Origin: Planctomycetota bacterium | GTDB taxonomy: Bacteria > Planctomycetota > UBA1135 > UBA2386 | DNA length: 64,000 nt | Assembly: GCA_965223545.1 (NCBI GenBank) | Contig: OZ245006.1 | Location: 1,312,001 to 1,376,000, forward strand | Reading direction: 5' to 3' | Program-made: the position numbers and the translations under genes | In this document: one piece after another, positions 57,151-64,000 of the stretch | Numbering within the stretch: position 1 is the stretch's first letter | Layout: each line of letters begins with the position of its first letter | Notes under the pieces: model-generated | Databases searched by the model: none | The model's input: only the letters and a program-made list of their open reading frames with translations | Told to the model about the DNA's origin: nothing

Positions 57151-59493
57151 ATGGATCGACCCGAGGACCCCGGAGGGTTGTTCAAACGGCGGATTAGAAG
57201 CTACCACAGGAGAGCCATCACCACCATCCTGGCCGCCGCGACAGTCGGTGCCCAACCCCCGCAGCCAGCGGCAGATGGCCTCGATCCGCTGCGCGCCGAG
57301 CGCGACGCCCTGGCCGAGGCACTGCGCCGCTCGGAGGGTCTGCGGATGCTCGCCGAGGCCGAGCTGGCCCTGCCGCGCGACGCCGCTGCGGCCCTCGCAC
57401 TCGCCCGCCGGGGTGCGGAAAAACAACCGGGACCGCGCGCCCAGCGCGTGTTGCAAATGTGTCTCGACGGCCAGCACCTGCTGGCCGAAGCCCGGCGCAG
57501 CGACGGGGCCCTGCGCAGCGTCGCGTGGGCACGCACGGGGGCAGCGATTCTGTGTGGGGACGATGGCACCGCTTTCGTCTGGTCACCGGCGGACGGCGTC
57601 GCCGCCGCCGCGGTGCTCGACGCCGCCCTGACGACCGGCCGGCGCGCGCGCCACGCCTGCTCCGCCGGCGCCAGCGACGAGCTCATCCTGATCGCCGGCA
57701 CCGACCGCTGGATGGGCACCCAGCTCTGGTCCGCCGGCGACGACGCGCCGCGCGCCACCCTGGTGGGCGCGCAGCACGCCACGGTCTCGCCCGACGGCGC
57801 GCGGATCGCCGCCGTCACGGCGGGCGGCGACATCACCATCTTCGCCGCCGCCGACGGCGCAGAGCTGCACGTCGCGGCAATCGGTCGACCGCTGTCGGCG
57901 CTGGCGTGGCTGCCGGACGGCGGGCTGTGGGCCGGCACCGAGGACGGTCGACTGATCCGTTGCTCTGCGGAGGGTGCGGTCCTCGCCGAGTGGCGCGGCC
58001 ACGAACGCGCGGTGCGCTGCATCGCGTTCAGCGCCGGCGGCCAGGTCGCGATCACCGGCGGCGACGCCGGGCGCGCCGTGGTCTGGAACGTCCCCGAGCG
58101 CCGCCACACCGCGGTCCTCGCGCCGCACGGCCAGCCGGTGCTGCGCGCGGCGCTGGCCGCGGAGGGCACGCGTGCGCTGACGCTGGCCGGCCCCCCCGGC
58201 GTCGATCGCCTGCGCCGCGCGCGCGTGTGGGACACCGCCGCTGCAGTGTCCATCGAGGACGACGGCGCCCTGTGCCTCGGCGCCGCGATCACCGCCGACG
58301 GCACGCAGCTGGCGACTTGGGGTGAGGCCGGGACGCTCCGGTTGACCGAGCTCGACACGGGCGAGCGCACCGTCCTGCCGGGTCATCGCGGCCGCGTACT
58401 GGACGCAGCCTTCGAGCGGAACGGACAACGCCTGCTCAGCGTCGACGAGCACGGCACCGCACGGCTGTGGTCGGTGCGATCGGGCCTGGAGCGGCGCCGC
58501 TGGCAGGCCCACGACCAGCGGATCGTCGACCTGGCCTATGCCGGAGACGGCTCGCGGCTGGCGACCGCCTCCAGCGACCACACCGCCGTCGTGTGGCCGG
58601 CCCGGGCACCGCGAGACCCGGTCGTGCTGAACGGTCACACCGCGTCGCTCACCGCGATCGCGTTCGCGCCAGCGGGCGACCGGCTGCTGACCGGCGGGAT
58701 GGACGAGTCGGCCAGCGTGTGGGACCCGGCGACCGGTGACGAGCTGGCACTGCTCAACGAGCACGACGAGATGGTGACCCGCGTGGCGTTCGCGGCGGAC
58801 GGCGACACCGCGGCGACCGCGTCGACCGACGGCACCATCCGCCTCTGGCACGGCCGGGGACGCCCCGGGGCCGTCCTCGAGCACGCCGACGCAGTCCTCG
58901 CCTTGGCCTTCGCCAAGGGCGGCGGGCGGCTGGCGAGTGCGACCGAGGGCGGGGCCATCCACCTCTGGGACGTCGAGGCGACGACCTCCATCGCCCTCCT
59001 CGCCAGCGCGGACCATGCCGCGGTGGCGGTGGCGTTCGCCGCCGATGACGCGATGGTGTGGTCCCTGCACGAAGACCACCGCGTACGCGCCCTGCCCACC
59101 GCCACCGCCGCCGCCTCGGCCCAGGGGCAGCGCCCCGCGCGGCCGCGGGGCCAACCGCTCGAGCGGCTGCGCGCGCTGCCCGACGGCGGCGTGCTGAGCG
59201 CGGACGGCCGCGCGCTGTTCCGCTGGCGGGCGAACCTCTCGGAGCCGACGGCCGAGTTCGTCCTCGACGGCGACCCCAGCCCCTTGGCATTCGACGTCAG
59301 CGCCGACGGCACCCGCTTGGCAGCGGCTTACGACGACGGCAGCGTCGCCGTGTGGGACCTGACCGACAACACCCTGCACGCTCACCACGGCCCGTACGCC
59401 GCGCGCGTCACCGCGCTCGCGTTCGGCCCGAGCCGCCGATTCGCGACCGGCACCGAGCGCGGAGAGGTCTGGCTCTGGGACACCGACCTCTGA
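57151..59493 (+). CDS. WD40-repeat protein
   Basis: Multiple GH...WD units (e.g. LNGHTASLTAIAF...SVWD); start uncertain. Confidence 0.88.
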   Translation: MDRPEDPGGLFKRRIRSYHRRAITTILAAATVGAQPPQPAADGLDPLRAERDALAEALRRSEGLRMLAEAELALPRDAAAALALARRGAEKQPGPRAQRVLQMCLDGQHLLAEARRSDGALRSVAWARTGAAILCGDDGTAFVWSPADGVAAAAVLDAALTTGRRARHACSAGASDELILIAGTDRWMGTQLWSAGDDAPRATLVGAQHATVSPDGARIAAVTAGGDITIFAAADGAELHVAAIGRPLSALAWLPDGGLWAGTEDGRLIRCSAEGAVLAEWRGHERAVRCIAFSAGGQVAITGGDAGRAVVWNVPERRHTAVLAPHGQPVLRAALAAEGTRALTLAGPPGVDRLRRARVWDTAAAVSIEDDGALCLGAAITADGTQLATWGEAGTLRLTELDTGERTVLPGHRGRVLDAAFERNGQRLLSVDEHGTARLWSVRSGLERRRWQAHDQRIVDLAYAGDGSRLATASSDHTAVVWPARAPRDPVVLNGHTASLTAIAFAPAGDRLLTGGMDESASVWDPATGDELALLNEHDEMVTRVAFAADGDTAATASTDGTIRLWHGRGRPGAVLEHADAVLALAFAKGGGRLASATEGGAIHLWDVEATTSIALLASADHAAVAVAFAADDAMVWSLHEDHRVRALPTATAAASAQGQRPARPRGQPLERLRALPDGGVLSADGRALFRWRANLSEPTAEFVLDGDPSPLAFDVSADGTRLAAAYDDGSVAVWDLTDNTLHAHHGPYAARVTALAFGPSRRFATGTERGEVWLWDTDL

Positions 59494-59503
59494 GCGTCTG
59501 CGC

Positions 59504-60424
59504 TCAGCGCACTTCCTGGGGAAGGGCGAACTCGATCGTCTCGCGCACGCCATCCACTTCTTCGACGGTGTCGGCACCGAGCTGGCGCAACCTCTCGACG
59601 ACCCTGCGCACACTGATCTCGGGCGTCGAGGCACCGGAAGTCACGCCCAGCGCGCGCACGCCATCGAGCCATTCGGGTTGGATCTCGTCGGCGGCGAGGA
59701 CCAAGTAGGCGGGCTTGCCATCGCTGGCGCCGAGCTCGCGCAACCGGTTGCTGTTGGAGCTGGTGCGATCGCCGATCACGAACCAAGCGTCGACGTCCGG
59801 TTGGAGCTTCTTGACCGCCATCTGCCGGTTGGTCGTGGCGTAGCAGATGTCCTCCTTGCGAGGGGTCACGAGCTCGGGGAAGCGGCGGCGCAGGACGACC
59901 AGCGTCTTCTCGGCCTCGTCGACACTGAGCGTGGTCTGCGTCAGGACCGCCACGCGCCCAGGATCGGGCACCGCAACCTGCTCGGCCTCGGCGGGCGAGG
60001 CGACGACGATGGTCCGATCGGGCGCCTCGCCGACCACGCCAATCACCTCGACGTGGTCGCGATGCCCGACCAGCAGGATGGTGTAGCCCTGCGCCGCGAA
60101 GGTCCGCGCCTCGACGTGCACCTTGGTCACCAGCGGACACGTCGCGTCGATCGACATGAGCTGCAGGCTCTTGGCCTCGGCAAACACGTCGGGACCGACG
60201 CCGTGCGCGGAGAAGATCACGCGCGCCCCGGCCGGCACCTCGTCGAGCTCGTCGACGAAGACGGCACCCGCCGCCGCCAAATCCTCCACAACCACCCGGT
60301 TGTGGACGATCTCATGGCGGACGTAGATCGGTGGGCCGAATTTGTCCAGGGCCCGCCGCACGACCTCGATGGCGCGCTCGACACCGGCGCAAAAACCGCG
60401 CGGGCGGCTCAGGTAGACCTTCAT
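59504..60424 (-). CDS. ispH: 4-hydroxy-3-methylbut-2-enyl diphosphate reductase
   Basis: PRGFCAGV, IVHN, SAHG, DATCPLV, ICYATTNRQ, SSNS, GASTP. Confidence 0.97.
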   Translation of the reverse strand: MKVYLSRPRGFCAGVERAIEVVRRALDKFGPPIYVRHEIVHNRVVVEDLAAAGAVFVDELDEVPAGARVIFSAHGVGPDVFAEAKSLQLMSIDATCPLVTKVHVEARTFAAQGYTILLVGHRDHVEVIGVVGEAPDRTIVVASPAEAEQVAVPDPGRVAVLTQTTLSVDEAEKTLVVLRRRFPELVTPRKEDICYATTNRQMAVKKLQPDVDAWFVIGDRTSSNSNRLRELGASDGKPAYLVLAADEIQPEWLDGVRALGVTSGASTPEISVRRVVERLRQLGADTVEEVDGVRETIEFALPQEVR

Positions 60425-60528
60425 CGCTCCATGCTCGGCCCCCCGACGGCGGCGGGCAAGGGAGTCCCCGCTGGGATTCGACAGAGCTTGACTCCCGGCC
60501 ACGGCGGCCCTATCTCCCCACACCCGCC

Positions 60529-60759
60529 ATGTTGAGCACTGTCGACGTCAAGCGCCTGATCGAAGAGGGCATCCCAGGGGCCGTGGCCGAGGTCGAGGAT
60601 CTCACTGGCACGTCGGACCACTTCGCGGTGACCGTCAGCGCCACGGCATTCGCCGGGCGGAGCCGGATCGAACAACACAAGATGGTGCACGCCGCCCTGG
60701 GCGAGCACCTGACCACGACCATCCACGCCGTTCAGATCAAGACCATCGTCCCGGAGTGA
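60529..60759 (+). CDS. bolA: BolA/IbaG family protein
   Basis: DHF, FAGRSRIEQHKMV, IHAVQIKT. Confidence 0.92.
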   Translation: MLSTVDVKRLIEEGIPGAVAEVEDLTGTSDHFAVTVSATAFAGRSRIEQHKMVHAALGEHLTTTIHAVQIKTIVPE

Positions 60760-60762
60760 CCC

Positions 60763-61080
60763 ATGTGGACCAAAGATGACATTGCCAAGGCCGTCAGCAG
60801 CCACAAGATCCTGGTGTTCGGCAAGGGCACCAAGGAGCAGCCGATGTGCGGCTTTACCCACCGTGCCATCGCGATCATGGAGCGCGTCGGCAAGCCGTTC
60901 GAAGTGATCAACATCTTCGACGACGCCTCGATCCGGCCGGCGCTGGTCGAGTTCAGCGACTGGCCGACGACACCGCAGGTTTTCGTCGGCGGCGAGTTCC
61001 TCGGCGGCTCCGATACGGCGCTGGAGCTGTTCGAGTCGGGCGAGCTGCAGAAGAAGGTCGAGTCGGTCTTCGCCTCCTGA
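60763..61080 (+). CDS. grxD: Monothiol glutaredoxin (Grx4 type, CGFT)
   Basis: KGTKEQPMCGFT, WPTTPQVF, GGSD. Confidence 0.93.
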   Translation: MWTKDDIAKAVSSHKILVFGKGTKEQPMCGFTHRAIAIMERVGKPFEVINIFDDASIRPALVEFSDWPTTPQVFVGGEFLGGSDTALELFESGELQKKVESVFAS

Positions 61081-61216
61081 CCGGACGGCGCGGCGCCGCG
61101 TGTCTCGATCCGAGATCGCGCGCCTCAAGGAGCGTGTCCCGCGTCCCGACAACTCGAGCGCGGCCCCACGGGTAAAGAGCCCGCGGGGCGCTCGACAACG
61201 ACAACGGGGAACTGAC

Positions 61217-62611
61217 ATGCACCTGGAGAAACTCGCGGCTCCGCCTCCGGAGCAGACCGCCCAGCAGCGGTACGCCTCGCTTCATCGTGCCCTCGAGAAG
61301 GGCATGGCCACCGATGTGACCTGGGCACAGCTGTGCGCCGTCTGCATCAAGCTCAACCGCCTCGACGAGGCGCTGAACGCCTATCATCGCGTGCAGAACG
61401 TCCGCGAGCGCCGCTCGCTGCGTCATGACCTGACCCGCCGCGGAGTGCAGGTCGCCGAGGTTCCTGTGCAGGTGCGGCTGGCGACCGACGAATCGCAGTC
61501 ACCGGTGCGCGACGCCTTCGAGGACGCCGTCCACTTCTTGGCCAACGATCATATGCCGGTCACGCTGATGGCGTTGACCGCGGTGTTCCCGCTCGTCGTC
61601 GGCGCGGGTGGCTTGATGATGCGCGGTAATCCTACTGCACTGGTCGCGGTCGTCGCGATCCCGGCGCTGCTGGTGACGGCGCTGCTGTTCGCGCTGATGC
61701 GCAACGTGATGATCCAGGCCGCCGACGGCATCGACGACGCGCCGCGCATTCCGCGGGCCCGCAACTTCCTGCCCGATGCCGGTCGCATGCTGCGCGACGT
61801 CGTGACCGCCGCCGCCGCCACGATCGGACCGCTGCTGATCGCATCGCTCTGCGGCGCACCCTCCAGCTTGCAGTTGGTCCTGTTCCTCTACGCCCTGGTG
61901 TTCACCCCGTTGGCCGTCGCCACCCGCACGGTGCACCAATCCTGGCGGGCGCTGGCGCCGCACAACATCCTGCTGGCAGCGGTCCACACCCGACAGACCT
62001 ACTTCGCCATCGGCGCGGCCGCGACCCTGCTGCTCGCGCCGGGCGCGATCTGCTGGCTGGTGGCACCCACCGAGTCGATGGTACTGCGTCTCGCGCTGGT
62101 CGGCCCACTGGCCACCGCGCCGCTGATCGTCGCCGCGCGCCTGCTCGGCACCTACACCAACCTGAACCAGAACGAGCTGCTGACGCTGCTGCACGACCGC
62201 GGCCAGCCGGCGCCCGCCCAACGCGCGCCGCAACGGCCCGCTGCCCAAGCCAAGCCCGCCCCGCGTCGCGCCAAGGCCCGCAACACGCCGCCGCGGCTGC
62301 CCGAGGATCCGCGCCGCAAGAAGCCGACCACCAAGAACCAAAGCCGCCCGCACGCCCCTGCGCAGCGCGGCCGGCAGCGCCGCAGCGCGCACGGCCCGCA
62401 GACCCCCTACGCGCAGCGCGCGGTGCGCGGTCCCGCCGACCGGCCGGCTCCCAGTCAGCGCGTGCGCCGCGGGCCCGCGCCACGGCGCCCCGCGCGCCCG
62501 TCCCAGACGCCGCCGACCAACCGCCCGACGCCGCCGCTGCGGCCAACGCGCCGCGGCGATCATCCGCGGTCTGCCCGCACCGCCACGCCGCGGCTGCGCA
62601 CCCGCCGCTGA
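61217..62611 (+). CDS. Hypothetical membrane protein with TPR-like N-terminus and Pro/Arg-rich tail
   Basis: LNRLDEALNAY helix pair; about 6 TM segments; basic low-complexity C-terminus. Confidence 0.65.
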   Translation: MHLEKLAAPPPEQTAQQRYASLHRALEKGMATDVTWAQLCAVCIKLNRLDEALNAYHRVQNVRERRSLRHDLTRRGVQVAEVPVQVRLATDESQSPVRDAFEDAVHFLANDHMPVTLMALTAVFPLVVGAGGLMMRGNPTALVAVVAIPALLVTALLFALMRNVMIQAADGIDDAPRIPRARNFLPDAGRMLRDVVTAAAATIGPLLIASLCGAPSSLQLVLFLYALVFTPLAVATRTVHQSWRALAPHNILLAAVHTRQTYFAIGAAATLLLAPGAICWLVAPTESMVLRLALVGPLATAPLIVAARLLGTYTNLNQNELLTLLHDRGQPAPAQRAPQRPAAQAKPAPRRAKARNTPPRLPEDPRRKKPTTKNQSRPHAPAQRGRQRRSAHGPQTPYAQRAVRGPADRPAPSQRVRRGPAPRRPARPSQTPPTNRPTPPLRPTRRGDHPRSARTATPRLRTRR

Positions 62612-62638
62612 CCGCGGTCGGGGCGCGGTCTGTTGGCC

Positions 62639-63328
62639 TCACGCCGGCGGCGGCCGCTGGCCGTCGTCGGCAGCGAGGTGGCGCCGGCACCACGCCGTGC
62701 CGAGATAGAACAACGGCGTGTCGGCGGCAGCGCACAGCACCTTGAACATCCAGCCGTCGATGATCGCGCTGACGATGCGATCCGCCGGCCAGTTCGGGTC
62801 GTCGACGAAGAGAATCGTCACCACCAACGTGGTGTCGACCAGCTGAGACAGCACGGTCGACGCGTTGTTGCGCAGCCACAGATGCCGGCCGTTCGTCAGC
62901 CGCCGCCAGAAGTGGAACAGCCGGATGTCGACCAGCTGCGCCACCAGGTAGGCCACCATCGACGCGGCGATCACCCGCCACGCGTTGCCGAACACGGCCT
63001 CGTAGGTCGCGTCATCGACCGGGCTGCCCGCGATGGCGTCGGCACGGCTGCCGAGCCACACCACTCCCAACACGAAGACCGAGGCGACGAAGCCGATCCA
63101 GACGGCGCGGTTGGCGCGGCGACGGCCGTAGACCTCGGACAGGAGATCCGTGATCAAGAACGTCACCGGGTAGGGCAGCACTCCCGCCGACAGCACGAAC
63201 TCGCGGAAGCCGAGATCGACGGTGACGAACTTCTGCGCGATCAGGTTGCAGACCACGAGCGCCGCAACGAACAGCCCGACGAGCAGGAGGAGGAGTCCGT
63301 CGCGGCGCGGAATCGGCGCGTCCAGCAC
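62639..63328 (-). CDS. Queuosine precursor transporter (YhhQ/VUT family)
   Basis: NLIAQK, YPVTFLITDLLSEVYG, ASMVAYLVAQLVD, WLRNNAST..SQLVDT, DTP; start is GTG 63328 or ATG 63382. Confidence 0.93.
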   Translation of the reverse strand: MLDAPIPRRDGLLLLLVGLFVAALVVCNLIAQKFVTVDLGFREFVLSAGVLPYPVTFLITDLLSEVYGRRRANRAVWIGFVASVFVLGVVWLGSRADAIAGSPVDDATYEAVFGNAWRVIAASMVAYLVAQLVDIRLFHFWRRLTNGRHLWLRNNASTVLSQLVDTTLVVTILFVDDPNWPADRIVSAIIDGWMFKVLCAAADTPLFYLGTAWCRRHLAADDGQRPPPA

Positions 63329-63389
63329 AGCGGCGACTTTGCCAGGTTTTTGGCGGCGAATCGCCGCCAAACCCAGTTGCATCTACGTC

Positions 63390-64000
63390 ATGCGTTCTCC
63401 CGTTCTCGTCGCCAATGGCCAGGGCTTTTGGGGAGACTCGATCCTCGGCCCGATTCGCCTGGTCCGCGAGGGTCCGCTCCACTACCTGGCGCTCGACTAC
63501 CTCGCCGAGGTCACGATGAGCATCATGCAGAAGCTGCGGCAGCGGAACCCGGACGCCGGCTACGCCACCGACTTCATCGCGATGCTGGATCGGCTACTGC
63601 CCGAGCTGCACGGCAAGGGCATCAAAGTGATCGCCAACGCCGGCGGCGTCAACCCACGCGGCTGCATGCGCGCGGTGCTCGAGCTCGCGCATCGCAAGGG
63701 GATCAAGGGGCTCAAGGTCGGCGTCATCGAGGGTGACGACATCCTCGAGCGCATCCCCTCGCTGCTGGATGCCGGCGAGCCGTTGACCAACATGGACACC
63801 GGCGCGCCGCTGAGCGAGATCGCCGAGCGGCTGCGCAGCGCCAATGTCTACATCGGTGCGCAGCCGGTCGCCGACTGTCTCGCCGCGGGTGCCGACATCG
63901 TGATCGGCGGCCGGATCACCGACCCCGCCCTGGTCGCGGGCCCGCTGATGTACGAGTTCGGCTGGAGTCCGACCGACTACGACAAGCTCGCCGCGGCCAC
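63390..64000 (+). CDS. AtuA/DUF1446 family protein, 3' truncated by the window
   Basis: Not in the ORF track; translates MRSPVLVANGQGFWGDS...LDYLAEVTMSI...ANAGGVNP...GDD...SANVYIG...GRITD. Confidence 0.9.
   Translation, partial: MRSPVLVANGQGFWGDSILGPIRLVREGPLHYLALDYLAEVTMSIMQKLRQRNPDAGYATDFIAMLDRLLPELHGKGIKVIANAGGVNPRGCMRAVLELAHRKGIKGLKVGVIEGDDILERIPSLLDAGEPLTNMDTGAPLSEIAERLRSANVYIGAQPVADCLAAGADIVIGGRITDPALVAGPLMYEFGWSPTDYDKLAAA

Noticed and set aside
21..63844. Numerous long antisense and alternate-frame ORFs (e.g. 5270-8266, 27179-29380, 47812-49815)
   Set aside because: Expected from stop-codon scarcity at high GC; they overlap well-supported genes and lack recognisable motifs.

Overview
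High-GC (roughly 70% by eye) bacterial chromosomal segment. The gene content (DUF1570 zincin, TRAP/RND/ABC transporters, many exported proteins with Gln right after the signal peptide) suggests a Planctomycetota-like organism; this is inference only. Main points: (1) 1-13.7 kb is a translationally coupled tandem array of at least nine exported amidohydrolase-superfamily paralogs (ten barrels). Only two keep the full HxH/H/H/D metal site, and one of those two has a +1 frameshift. (2) A hidden selenoprotein at 25403-26353 (-): two track ORFs are joined by an in-frame UGA in a thioredoxin U-G-P-C motif, followed by a bSECIS-like hairpin. (3) bioB followed by a single BioF-BioD-BioA triple-fusion ORF. 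(4) A RAYT-like HUH transposase beside a class C group II intron that has inserted into one arm of an ~85-nt imperfect palindrome, with mirror-image C/G strand skew on the two sides. The remainder is largely ordinary: icmF, sixA, ppk2, TRAP, RND, sugar ABC, sodB, ispH, bolA-grxD, a queuosine-precursor transporter and a partial atuA-family gene. No rRNA, tRNA or CRISPR array was seen. All family assignments come from motif recognition, not database searches.
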